Numbered from the stretch's first letter, positions 1 to 9,608 are shown. The stretch is DNA of 64,000 bases from an uncultured Gammaproteobacteria bacterium (GCA_963761345.1 CAVXGV010000007.1:115346-179345); one strand, 5' to 3'. The notes: a model not told the origin generated them from the sequence alone. A program made the numbers and translations.

Positions 1-632
1 CCAACGTCCTCGATTTCGGCACCACAGACGATTATTTGTATCTTGCGCTGGAATACTTTCCCTGCGGCAGTTTGCGCGAGCGGCTCAAACATCCGGTGAG
101 CGAAGCGGACGCACTCAACTATGCGCATCAGATCGGCGAAGCGCTGCAGATCGTTCACGCCGCGCGCGTGGTGCATCGCGATCTGAAGCCATCCAATCTC
201 ATGCTGACGAACGAAAATCGCCTCGTTTTGATCGACTTCGGATCCGCCCGAAGCCAGTTCACGACGAACGATCTGACGAGTTCAGGCGACTGCACCGGCA
301 CGCCTTACTACGTGTGCCCGGAGCAAATCGACGACCGGGAACCCGATGCGCGAGGCGATCTCTACAGCGTCGGTGTGGTGCTGTACGAAATGCTCTGCGG
401 CACGGTACCGTTCATGGGAAAAAAGCTTGCGGACATCCTGGCGGCGCACCGTACCGCGCCGGTCCCGCGGTTGCCGGTGCACCTGGCGCCCTACCAGGAA
501 ATCATCGATCGCTTGATGGCGAAAGATGCAAAAGAACGATTTGCCTCCGCCGCTGACTTTCTCGATGCCTTGGACGCCTTGCGCGCGGATTTGATCACTC
601 GCAAACCCAGCAAACCACAGCGGAGCGCTTGA
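1..632 (+). CDS. Hanks-type Ser/Thr protein kinase, C-terminal portion (5' end lies upstream of the window)
   Basis: The frame of ORF 36..632 stays open to the window edge. The translation carries catalytic loop HRDLKPSN, IDFGSA (DFG) and GTPYYVCPEQ (P+1/APE-like), i.e. kinase subdomains V-XI. Confidence 0.85.
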   Translation, partial: NVLDFGTTDDYLYLALEYFPCGSLRERLKHPVSEADALNYAHQIGEALQIVHAARVVHRDLKPSNLMLTNENRLVLIDFGSARSQFTTNDLTSSGDCTGTPYYVCPEQIDDREPDARGDLYSVGVVLYEMLCGTVPFMGKKLADILAAHRTAPVPRLPVHLAPYQEIIDRLMAKDAKERFASAADFLDALDALRADLITRKPSKPQRSA

Positions 633-648
633 TTCATGAACTCTCGTT

Positions 649-2847
649 TTGCCAGCTCTATTGGTCCCACGTCTGAGTTCCGGCGGCCTCATGGTGCTGG
701 TGGTCATCCTTGCCTTTGCATTCGTTGCCGGTGTGCTGATACCCGGGCTGGAACTCGCCGGCGAGTTGGCCGACAGCACCGTAGCGCTCAAGTTCGTCGG
801 GCAGCAGCAGCGAAATCCGGCGCTCATCCACGCATCGCTGGATTCGATGCACGACCGCTTGAGCAGCCGCGGCTACATTCAAGAGTCTCTGGACCAGCTG
901 CGAGAGGCGGCCGGCAAGCTCGACGCGGGGCTGCATGAAATGAACGCGCCGCGGGCAGCCAATTGGTTTGCCATGTCGGGCGACACGTCCGCCAAGGGCG
1001 AGCCGATTGCGGGTAAACACGCGGCGGCATTGCGCGAGCTGTGGTCGAAAGAACAGGAATCGCTCGACCCCATCTTGAAGTTCAAAGGCGTGCCATACCA
1101 GGACAACGAATCGACCGGCAGCGCACTCAATGAGAGCGGCAAGCAGCTGGACCGGGACGTGGCCGCCTCCATCCGCGCCAGCAAGCGGCTCATACCGCTG
1201 ATAGACAGCGAGCTCAACGCCATCGTCACCGACTTGCAGGCGGGCAACGCACGATCTGCCACCGAGTTGCGCCTGGTCATGCTCGCCGGCCTCCTCATCG
1301 CGATCGTGCTGGCGGCGCTCGTATCGATTTTGTTGCTCGCACGCCAGCGCCAGGACGCTTCGCTGCGCGAGGCGCGTCAGCAGACCGCCGATATCTTGCG
1401 TACCGTCAAAGACGGCCTGTTTTTGCTCGACGAGCAACTGGTCATCGGCGCATCCTATTCAAGCGCGCTCGAATCATTGTTTCAGCGCACCGACTTCGCC
1501 GGGCTGCCGTTCGAGAAATTGCTGAAGGACATCGTCTCCGAAAAGACACTGTCGACCGCATTGAAGTTCGTCGGCGTGCTCTGGTCGGAGCGAACCAAGG
1601 AGAACCTGGTCAAGACCATCAACCCGCTCGGCGAAATCGAGGTCAACTTCGATACCGGCCAGGGCAAGGTCGCCACGCGCTACCTGCAGTTCGATTTCCA
1701 TCGCGTGCGGGTCGACGGGAAAATAACGCATGTGTTGGTGGCGGTGGCGGACGTCAGCGCCCGGGTGGATCTTGCCCGCGAGCTGCAGTCCTCTCAAACT
1801 CAGGCGCAGGCGCAGGTCGATACCTTGCTGGGCATTTTGCACGTCGATCCGGCGCAGCTGGCCTCGTTCTTGAACGATTCCAGTGCCGCCATGAAGATGA
1901 TCAACGCCGTGCTGCGTGAGCCGGCGCGCGAGGAAAGTGCGTTCCGCAAGAAACTGGACACCTTGTTCCGGCAAGTCCACTCGGTGAAAGGCGAGGCGGC
2001 GGCCCTTGGGTTGTCGTCCATAGAAAGCCGTGCGCATTCGTTCGAGGATGATTTGAAGAACCTGCGTGAGAAATCGGATCTGTCCGGCAATGACTTTCTT
2101 CCGCTGGTCATCAAGCTGGACGATTTGTTGACCCATTTGCAGTCGGTCGGCGATCTGGTGTCGCGCCTCGCCCGCCTGCATGGCGCGGCCACCACGCGAG
2201 CGGAGCTGGACTCTCACACGGACACGGCGGTCATCGAGCACGGCGGCTCGGAAATCGTTGCGAGGGCCGACGGCAGCGTGACCTCCATGCTGCAGCAGTT
2301 GACGGCGCGCGTGGCCATTGAAAACAACAAAGAAGCGGCGCTGCAATGCATGGGCTTCGATACGATACCGAATGAGTACCGGCGCATCGTCAAAGATATC
2401 GCCGTTCAGGCGGTTCGCAATTCCATCGTGCATGGCCTGGAATCGGCGTCCGACAGGCTCGGCGCGGGAAAGCCGACGCAGGGTCAGCTCAAGCTGATCT
2501 TCCAGGAGCTCGGCGACGCCGGCTACAAGCTCATCGCGGAAGATGATGGCCAAGGCCTGTCGACCGAAAAGATCAAGCAAGCGGCACTGAAGAAGGGGTT
2601 CATAACCCCCGAAAAGGCGGCGGCCCTGGATGCCAAGCAGGTATTCTCCCTGCTTTTCCAGCCGGGCTTTTCCACCGTCGAGCATGCCACCAAGGATGCG
2701 GGGCGCGGCGTCGGAATGAATTTGATGGCCGGACTCATGCAACAGATCGGCGGCAAGGTTTCCGTGGCCACGGTGCCGGGGAAATTTACGCGACTCACGT
2801 TGAGCCTGCCGCCGGCTAAACGCGCGGGGAATACGGTAGCGGCCTGA
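649..2847 (+). CDS. Membrane-anchored CheA-like histidine kinase (TM - periplasmic region - TM - PAS-like - Hpt - HATPase_c; no CheW-like domain seen)
   Basis: ORF 649..2847 starts at TTG, with an ATG alternative at 691. Hydrophobic segments at aa ~12-34 and ~208-231 flank a ~170-aa region. Hpt signature FRQVHSVKGEAAALGL is present (His codon 1978..1980, aa 444). C-terminal ATPase boxes are NSIVHG, DDGQGLS and GRGVGMNLM. The protein ends ~40 aa after the G2 box. Confidence 0.75.
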   Translation: MPALLVPRLSSGGLMVLVVILAFAFVAGVLIPGLELAGELADSTVALKFVGQQQRNPALIHASLDSMHDRLSSRGYIQESLDQLREAAGKLDAGLHEMNAPRAANWFAMSGDTSAKGEPIAGKHAAALRELWSKEQESLDPILKFKGVPYQDNESTGSALNESGKQLDRDVAASIRASKRLIPLIDSELNAIVTDLQAGNARSATELRLVMLAGLLIAIVLAALVSILLLARQRQDASLREARQQTADILRTVKDGLFLLDEQLVIGASYSSALESLFQRTDFAGLPFEKLLKDIVSEKTLSTALKFVGVLWSERTKENLVKTINPLGEIEVNFDTGQGKVATRYLQFDFHRVRVDGKITHVLVAVADVSARVDLARELQSSQTQAQAQVDTLLGILHVDPAQLASFLNDSSAAMKMINAVLREPAREESAFRKKLDTLFRQVHSVKGEAAALGLSSIESRAHSFEDDLKNLREKSDLSGNDFLPLVIKLDDLLTHLQSVGDLVSRLARLHGAATTRAELDSHTDTAVIEHGGSEIVARADGSVTSMLQQLTARVAIENNKEAALQCMGFDTIPNEYRRIVKDIAVQAVRNSIVHGLESASDRLGAGKPTQGQLKLIFQELGDAGYKLIAEDDGQGLSTEKIKQAALKKGFITPEKAAALDAKQVFSLLFQPGFSTVEHATKDAGRGVGMNLMAGLMQQIGGKVSVATVPGKFTRLTLSLPPAKRAGNTVAA

Positions 2848-3239
2848 TGGATACTTCGGCCCGCCCCAAAGCTTCCCTGAAGCTCATGATCGTCGATGAT
2901 TCCAACATCATCCGGCGCCGCATCGAACGCTCGCAGCAAATCGCCCGCCTCGAGGTGGTCGGTGCCGCCAGCAACGGCCGCGCCGCCGTGGAAATGTTTC
3001 GCCGCACCCAGCCTGACGTCGTAACGATGGACTTGACCATGCCGGAGATGGACGGCATCGAATGCGTCGAGGAACTCATCGCGATCAATGCCGACGTGTT
3101 GATCCTGGTCGTTTCGGCGCTTGCCGACAAGGCCACGGCGGTCGAAGCAATTGAAAAAGGAGCGAACGGATTTCTGTGCAAGCCGTTCACCGATCGCCAG
3201 CTCAACGATGCATTGGAAGAGCTGTTGTCGGAGGCTTGA
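2847..3239 (+). CDS. CheY-like single-domain response regulator
   Basis: 130 aa. Receiver signatures are MIVDDS, phospho-acceptor context VVTMDLTMPEMDG, VVSA and CKPF. The start overlaps the upstream stop (TGATG). Confidence 0.88.
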   Translation: MDTSARPKASLKLMIVDDSNIIRRRIERSQQIARLEVVGAASNGRAAVEMFRRTQPDVVTMDLTMPEMDGIECVEELIAINADVLILVVSALADKATAVEAIEKGANGFLCKPFTDRQLNDALEELLSEA

Positions 3240-3240
3240 G

Positions 3241-3687
3241 ATGTTCAAAGAAGCAGAAATACGCACATTTATCGAGGGAACGACGAACTATTTCGAGACC
3301 TCGGCGCAACAGTCGGCAAGCGTCGGATCGCCTTATCTGGTCACCGACGGCAAGCCGGGTGCCTACGAATATACCGGGGTCATCGGCATCACCGGGGCGC
3401 GCAAAGGCATCGTTTATTTCACGGCTCCCCGCGGCATGCTCACGGTATTACTCATGCGCATGCAGGAAACGGACACCAGCGACGAAAATATCAAGGATCT
3501 GGTCGGTGAAGTCGCCAACACCATTTCCGGGAATGCGCGACGGGATTTCGGCAAGAATTTCGTCATATCGGTCCCTGTCGTCATCGCGCACGATTTGGAG
3601 AAGGTGACGACGCCGCATTCGCGATCCTTCGTGATTCCCATCAACTGGCGCACGCATTCCGCCAAACTCGTGGTCTGCCTCGAGTAG
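3241..3687 (+). CDS. CheX/CheC-family CheY-P phosphatase-like protein
   Basis: The ATG at 3241 lies 1 nt after the CheY stop. The 148-aa product carries a GEVANTISGNA motif resembling the E-x2-N-x3-G signature of CheX/CheC. The upstream part of ORF 3121..3687 overlaps CheY and is discarded. Confidence 0.65.
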   Translation: MFKEAEIRTFIEGTTNYFETSAQQSASVGSPYLVTDGKPGAYEYTGVIGITGARKGIVYFTAPRGMLTVLLMRMQETDTSDENIKDLVGEVANTISGNARRDFGKNFVISVPVVIAHDLEKVTTPHSRSFVIPINWRTHSAKLVVCLE

Positions 3688-3750
3688 CTCGCCAGGCCGC
3701 CGGAGCCGCCAGGCCGCCAGCTCGCCAACTCGCCAGGTCGCCAGGCCGCC
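3688..3750. repeat. Degenerate 8-bp tandem array (NNCGCCAG, about 8 units) between convergent genes
   Basis: Read directly: ctcgccag gccgccgga gccgccag gccgccag ctcgccaa ctcgccag gtcgccag gccgcccg. It is followed by a GC hairpin gccgcc-cgcgc-ggcggc. Confidence 0.6.
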
Positions 3751-3769
3751 CGCGCGGCGGCCGCGCTGC

Positions 3770-5679
3770 TTATTTCCCGTCGACTGAGAACGCCAGGAGG
3801 ACGTTCACGCCGTTGCTGCCGGTGCGCGCCGCTCCGTTGAATCCGGACATCGTGTACACCATGCCGCCGGCAATGGTCGGTCCCATGCCGTCTATCCCGC
3901 CCCCCGGCTGTGCCTGATTCCCGTTGACGGTGCCGTAGGTTTGGGCCGTCGTGCTGAATTCCCACACGATTCTTCCGCTCGCGGCATCGTAGGCTCGGAA
4001 CCAACCGTCCAAGCGTTCCCGAAAATACGATGCCCGGCATGACGCCCGGCGCCGCGGACTGCGCACGCACGCACGCACCCTTCGTGAAGTCCTTCGAACG
4101 GTCCCCCGCGTAGTGGCACGGGGCGATCGGCGCCGGGGTGCTCCAGACGATTTTGCCGCTGAAGGGATCGAGTGCATTCAAGCCCGGCTTGCCCGGCGAT
4201 TTATACTCGGGCGAGGGCCGTGCGCCTGCGGCCACGCCGATCTCGTCGAAGATTTCGCCGATGTCGGAGTTCGGAACGAAGACATACTTGCCGTCCGCGC
4301 CGATGCCCCACTCCACGCCGCCCAGCGGCGAACCTGCACCGACGGCGGTTTTCCAAAGCGTGCGCCCATTGTCCGGATCGACGCCGTAGACAATGCCGGA
4401 CTTCTGACCGGCGACGAGAATTTGCCTCGCACCGTGCTTGAATAAGATGGGCGTGGCGCCAAAATCGAAATCCGGCCCCGTAGGCGTTGGGCAGTTCGCC
4501 ACCTTGACCGGCCCGCTGCAGCCCACGATGAAATTATCATGAGTCGTGACCTGGTTTCTCCAGCGCACCTTGCCGGACTTCATTTCCAACGCAACGATGG
4601 CATCGTCGCCCTCGGTGGCTGCATCCGTGTAGCTGTCCCCCGTGACCACGTATACCAAGCCGCGTTTCGCGTCGACCGTCGGCGATGCCCAGACGGGTGC
4701 ACCTGCCGGGCCTTGCATCTGCACGCCGTTGGCATTTTTACGGGTCGGCCCCAACGGCTCGGTGATCATGGAAGTCTGCCACTGCTTCCGACCGGTCTTG
4801 AGATCGAGCGCCGCCAGACTGCCGCGGAACGTGCAGCAGGAATAGTTCGGCTGCATGGCCACGACTTCTTCGCCCGAGGAGAGCGGCACGAATATCTGGT
4901 CTCCCGACACCACCGGTGTGCCGGTGATGAACGAAGCCGGGTGATCTTCCAGCGATTCGCTGTGCCAGATCTCGCGGCCGCTTTGCGCATCGAAGGCGCG
5001 CACCACGCGCTTGCCGACGCCGACGAAGGTGGCCCAGCCGCTCGGCGAGATCGACGATCGGATCACCATGGGTGTATTGCGCGACGGGGCATCCTCGATG
5101 GCCCAGTGCACACAGCCGGACTTCGCGTCGAGGGCATAGAACTTACCGCCGCGATTCGTGATGAACAGCCAATCGCCCACCACCGTCGGCTGACCGCCGC
5201 CCGGCATGGAAAATGCCCACTTCACCTTCAAGCGAGGTCACGTCGGCGGCGCGTATCCCAGGGTTTGGCTGAAAGCGGCGGGAATTTTCATCCGGTCCCA
5301 ACGTGGGCCAATCCGAGGCGCCGGCGTGGATGGGCCCGTTGGCCGGGCACATTGGGTCGACGCCTGACGCGCCCAATTGCTGACCCGGTGCGAGGAACAG
5401 CGCGACCGCTTCGATTTCGGGCCGTGACAGGTCTTTCGCCATGGGGGCCATCACGCCGCTCGTCAATGCCGTGACGATGTCCCCGGGGGAACGAAAGGCC
5501 AGCTCCGCGCGCGTCGGTGCGCGTTCCGTGGCCGGTTCATGGCAACTCTTGCAGCGCGTCTTGAATACCGACTCGCCGTTCGCCGGCTGAGTTGCGCTCT
5601 CCTGCGCCAAGGTAGGCGCCGCGGCGCTCAACATCAACAAGCAGGCGCCTGCGCCAATCCAGATCCGGCTATTGCTCAT
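3770..5679 (-). pseudogene. Cytochrome c - PQQ beta-propeller dehydrogenase (quinohemoprotein-like), reading frame broken twice
   Basis: Three ORF pieces (5143..5688, 3414..5231, 3770..4177) join into one protein. It has a signal peptide, heme site CKSCH, then PQQ-propeller sequence. The joins read DVTSL|KVKWAFSMPGGG near 5229-5235 and GIVFSGT|LDGWFRAYDAASGRIVWEF near 4012-4020. The ATG at 5679 is preceded by GAGGAG. Sequencing error is an equally valid explanation for the breaks. Confidence 0.75.
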
Positions 5680-5739
5680 GGAAACCAACTCCTCAGTCTT
5701 GAACTTGTTTATCGCAGAGGACTCAATCGCGGGAGGACG

Positions 5740-6205
5740 TCAAGAAAACCCGATCCAACGCCCGGCCATGGCGACAGTGAGCCACGCCGCCATCGTCAGT
5801 ACCGCCACGCTGCGTAACCGCAAGCCCGACGCGCCGCGCCTGACCAGAGGATTGAAAGCGAAATAAGTGACGAGCAGCGCAACGCCCAGCGAAATCATCT
5901 TCACCAAAAATGCTTCGCGTCCGTAGAGCTTCACGGGCTCGGAGATCCCCAGCAAAATGCCCGTGATCAGCAGCGCAATGACTGCCGACGTTCATGTAGC
6001 GGTGCGCGCTCCTGTAGATCTCCGCGGGCGGGACCTTCAAGCCTATCCCCAGTACCGCCAGGGATATGATCAGCACGGAACCCCCCAGCAGCGCCAGCGC
6101 CAACAGATGAGCCGACTCGATCGCAGGAAACAACCAGGTGGATTCTCTGATGGTTTGGCCGAGCGCCGAGGCTTCGATGCTTTGCGCAGTGTGATACAGG
6201 CTCAT
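5740..6205 (-). pseudogene. Small polytopic membrane protein, paralog of 6209..6760, frame broken once
   Basis: The N-terminal piece (ORF 5723..6205, good until ...RYMNVG) continues in ORF 5740..5955 as VIALLITGILLGISEPVKLY... The join is near 5980-5987. The ES-x-H...LL motifs are shared with the upstream paralog. Confidence 0.6.
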
Positions 6206-6208
6206 GAC

Positions 6209-6760
6209 TCAACCCGGATCCAGCGGGCAGCCGGTGAGCTCCGCCATGGCAGGCGAATTGATGCTGTCGCAGTCGAACCAGTTGTACGCAATGAGGCGGC
6301 CGAAAACGATGACGCAGCCCCAGGCGCCCAAGGAAATGACGGCACAAATCTTCGACTTTCGCGGCACCGGTCCCAAATCCCACGCCGCTTTGTCGCGTTC
6401 CACCTTGAAGGTGAAAATGGCGATGTTGACGGCTGCGATGAGAATCATGATGCACTTCAGCCTGAACCAAAGGCTGTGATAGGTGCGGATCGGGATCGCG
6501 AGAAACAGCATCCCGCCGGTGATGACCAGCAGCACGAAGCCCGCCACCGTCCAGGGCAGCATCTTCGAGAGCATCTGCGATACCGGAACCTTAGTATAGG
6601 AAATTCCTAACAATCGCAGGTCCACCATGGCGATGGTGCCGACGAACAACATGATGGACATAACGTGTGTGGATTCGGTAATCGCGTACATGTACAGCGA
6701 TTCGTGCAGTCCGATGCTCCAGGGCGTATCCGCCAATTTGGTGACCAGTCCCTCGAGCAT
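6209..6760 (-). CDS. Polytopic membrane protein of unknown function (DUF6644-like, from memory only)
   Basis: 183-aa ORF with about 4 hydrophobic helices. It lies 3 nt upstream of its paralog on the same strand. Confidence 0.65.
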   Translation of the reverse strand: MLEGLVTKLADTPWSIGLHESLYMYAITESTHVMSIMLFVGTIAMVDLRLLGISYTKVPVSQMLSKMLPWTVAGFVLLVITGGMLFLAIPIRTYHSLWFRLKCIMILIAAVNIAIFTFKVERDKAAWDLGPVPRKSKICAVISLGAWGCVIVFGRLIAYNWFDCDSINSPAMAELTGCPLDPG

Positions 6761-7026
6761 TGATTCTCCGCTGTTATATATCAGCCGCGGCTACCTGTTG
6801 ATTACTCGAACAATCTCGAGGATGCAACGGAAATTAATTGCCAAACCAGCTGTCTGAAGCGATTATAAGCCCCGATTATACGGGCCCTTTTTGCGTCGTC
6901 CAGCGATGCCGGCGGCAGCAAAAATTGGATGTCTCGGGCGACGCAAGCGCGCACCTTTCAACGAGGTCGAAGATACGTTTGAGGGTCAATTACTTAAATA
7001 TGAAGCTTGGCTGGAGGAAATCCCAA

Positions 7027-7473
7027 ATGAATTTTCGCACCGACAAAGCGGCGGGTATCGCTGCTGTGTTGATCTCCGTGGCCGCCATCGGCGCGCCGGC
7101 CTTGGCGCACCACGCCTTTCAGGCCGAGTTCGACGGCAATCAGCCGCTCATGCTTCAAGGCAAGGTGACCAAGGTGGAGTGGATCAATCCGCACACCTGG
7201 GTGCACATGGATGTCGTCACCGACGGCGTCACTCAGGAATGGATGATCGAGGCGGGAACGCCCAACACGCTGCTGCGCGAGGGTCTCACGCGGGATTCAC
7301 TGAAAGTGGGCGAACAAATCATCGTGCGTGGCTATAGGGCCAAAGATGCACGCTGCCGTCCGGCCTGCAAGGCGAATGGCCGCGATGTCACCTTCTTGGA
7401 CGGACACAAAGTATTCTTGGGCTCGAGCGGAACCGGTGCGCCGAAAGACGGTGCGGATCCAAACGAGAAATAA
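7027..7473 (+). CDS. Small exported protein, predicted mature N-terminus HHAFQAEFD (DUF6152-like, from memory only)
   Basis: The ATG at 7027 follows GGAGGA. The signal peptide ends APALA|HH. An NPH motif (WINPHTW) is present. 148 aa. Confidence 0.65.
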   Translation: MNFRTDKAAGIAAVLISVAAIGAPALAHHAFQAEFDGNQPLMLQGKVTKVEWINPHTWVHMDVVTDGVTQEWMIEAGTPNTLLREGLTRDSLKVGEQIIVRGYRAKDARCRPACKANGRDVTFLDGHKVFLGSSGTGAPKDGADPNEK

Positions 7474-7538
7474 CCCAGAGATAGACGAGAGAGGCTGCCG
7501 CGAATATCCAAGGCGTCGTCGTTACCCAGGGGGAATTT

Positions 7539-8426
7539 TTGAGCAAGAAGATAAAGACATTGGCGCTCGCAACAGTGGCCGGATCGATCGCCGCATTGAG
7601 CATGGGCCACACGCAGCCTGCGGCCACGGCGCCCCACACGGTGCTCCATAAGGCAGCTGCCGCCGGTGCCATCGATCGTGTCGGCGGGCACCCGAATTTC
7701 AGCGGTGTCTGGTCGGTGATGAATACGGCCAATTGGAATATCGAACCGCACCTCGCCGGTGCCGCGCTCGAGTTGCGCCCGGGGCCGGTGGTTCCCGTGC
7801 CCGCGAAGGCAATCGTGGCTTTGGGCGCGGTGGGCTCGGTGCCGGCCGGCATGGGGGTGGTCGAGGGCGGGAAGATTCCTTACAAGCCCGAGGCGCTGGC
7901 CAAGAAGCAGGACAATCAAAAGCACTATCTGGAGCGCGATCCGGAGGTGAAATGCGATCTGGCCGGCGTGCCGCGCGCCAACTACATGTCCCTGCCGTTC
8001 CAGATCGTACAGTCCGCCAAGACGATGCTGTTCTCCTATGAGTACGACGGCGCGGTGCGCGACGTTCTGTTCAATGATCCGGGTCCGGCGCCCATCGATA
8101 GCTGGATGGGTCAATCGGTCGGCAAATGGGACGGCGACACCCTGGTGGTGGCGGTCACCGGACAAAACGACAGTACCTGGTTCGATCGTGCCGGCAATTT
8201 TCATTCGGGCGACATGAGGGTGGTCGAGCGCTGGACCATGGTGAACGAGAACACGATTCGCTACGAGGCCGAGATTACCGATCCGGCGACGTTCACCAGG
8301 CCGTGGAAGATGAGCATGCTCATGTATCGCCGCCTCGGCGAAGATGCTCGATTGCAGCAGTTCAAATGTGTCGAGTTCGTCGAAGAACTGATGTATGGCG
8401 ACTTGCGTAAGGAGCCCCTGAATTGA
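7539..8426 (+). CDS. Exported protein of unknown function
   Basis: 295-aa ORF with an N-terminal signal-like segment. It shares blocks with the next gene: PNFSGVW / PDLEGTW, WMGQSVGKWDGDTLVV / WMGDSIGWYEGPTLVV, and DP-x-TF-x-RPW / DPSTWDRPW. Confidence 0.65.
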   Translation: MSKKIKTLALATVAGSIAALSMGHTQPAATAPHTVLHKAAAAGAIDRVGGHPNFSGVWSVMNTANWNIEPHLAGAALELRPGPVVPVPAKAIVALGAVGSVPAGMGVVEGGKIPYKPEALAKKQDNQKHYLERDPEVKCDLAGVPRANYMSLPFQIVQSAKTMLFSYEYDGAVRDVLFNDPGPAPIDSWMGQSVGKWDGDTLVVAVTGQNDSTWFDRAGNFHSGDMRVVERWTMVNENTIRYEAEITDPATFTRPWKMSMLMYRRLGEDARLQQFKCVEFVEELMYGDLRKEPLN

Positions 8427-8428
8427 AC

Positions 8429-9517
8429 ATGAAAAAACTCACTGCTTTGATGGCAGCCGCGGCCATGTCGGCGCTGGCCGCCTCTGCCGCGCCCGCGGCC
8501 GGGGCCACACCGGCGGCCGGCGCTTACAAGGCGCCGTTGAACGCCTACGGCCAGCCGGATCTCGAAGGCACCTGGACCAATGCGACGCTGACGGTGCTCG
8601 AGCGGCCGAAAGAGTACGGCGATCGAAAGGTGATGACCGATGAAGAGGTGAAGAAGGTCGAGGGCGAGGATGCGAAACTCGTGGCCGACGGCAACGCGCC
8701 CACCGACCCGAAGGTGAAGACCACGGATCTGCCGCACGAATGCGGCCGCGGCTTCAGCGGCGCGGGCTGCGGATACAATTCTGCGTGGATCGATCCGGGT
8801 TCAACGGTCATGCGCGTCAACGGCGAACCGCGCAGCTCTTTCATCACCGATCCTGCGAATGGGCGGCTGCCGCCTTATAAAGCGGGGGTCACAGCCCCCG
8901 GCTTGGAGCAATACGCGCACCGTGGCGAAAACCCCGAGAACATGACGCTGGGCGAACGCTGCCTGACATCGTTCGGCTACAGCGCCGGCCCCGTCATGCT
9001 GCCGCTGCTCTACAACAATAACTACGAGATCGCGCAAAGCAAGGATACGGTGGCCATCGTCGTTGAAATGGTCCACGACGTACGCATGATCCACATCGGC
9101 GCCAAACATCGTACCGACGGCGAACGGCCGTGGATGGGCGATTCCATCGGCTGGTACGAGGGCCCGACGCTGGTGGTCGAGACCACCAACTTCCCGCGCG
9201 CGACCGCACTGCGCGGTGCTTGGAAGGACTTGAAAGTCACTGAACGGTTTACGCGCGTCGGTGCGCATCGCGTCCTGTATCAGTTCAAAGCAGAGGACCC
9301 GAGCACCTGGGACAGGCCGTGGAGCGGCGAGTACGAGTTCACCTCATCGAAGGGCCGGATTTTCGAATATGCCTGCCACGAGGGCAACTACGCGCTCGAA
9401 GGCATTCTCTCCGGCGCTCGCGCCGAAGAAGCTGCGGCCGCGGAGAAAGCCAAGGCCGCAGTGGCCAACAAGACTGCGGCAGCGCCTGCGGCGCCGGGCG
9501 GAACGAAGAAGCAATAG
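8429..9517 (+). CDS. Exported protein of unknown function, paralog of 7539..8426
   Basis: The ATG at 8429 lies 2 nt after the upstream stop. It has a signal peptide with an Ala-rich cleavage region and an Ala/Lys-rich C-terminal tail. Confidence 0.65.
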   Translation: MKKLTALMAAAAMSALAASAAPAAGATPAAGAYKAPLNAYGQPDLEGTWTNATLTVLERPKEYGDRKVMTDEEVKKVEGEDAKLVADGNAPTDPKVKTTDLPHECGRGFSGAGCGYNSAWIDPGSTVMRVNGEPRSSFITDPANGRLPPYKAGVTAPGLEQYAHRGENPENMTLGERCLTSFGYSAGPVMLPLLYNNNYEIAQSKDTVAIVVEMVHDVRMIHIGAKHRTDGERPWMGDSIGWYEGPTLVVETTNFPRATALRGAWKDLKVTERFTRVGAHRVLYQFKAEDPSTWDRPWSGEYEFTSSKGRIFEYACHEGNYALEGILSGARAEEAAAAEKAKAAVANKTAAAPAAPGGTKKQ

Positions 9518-9564
9518 AACGAAAAAGCCGTAGAACCGGCTACCAGTGAGGCCATCGGAGAATC

Positions 9565-9595
9565 GCCGCGACCCCAAAAGGCCGCGGCTTTTTTT
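9565..9595 (+). terminator. Rho-independent terminator (copy 1)
   Basis: Stem gccgcg (9565-9570) pairs with cgcggc (9583-9588), followed by a T7 run (9589-9595). Confidence 0.6.
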
Positions 9596-9608
9596 CGCCC
9601 TCTAAGCT

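Noticed and set aside
3688-3750. Tandem repeat arrays (also 33131..33190 and 44152..44187) as possible CRISPR arrays
   Set aside because: The units are 8-15 bp and directly abutting, with no spacers. No cas genes are present in the window.
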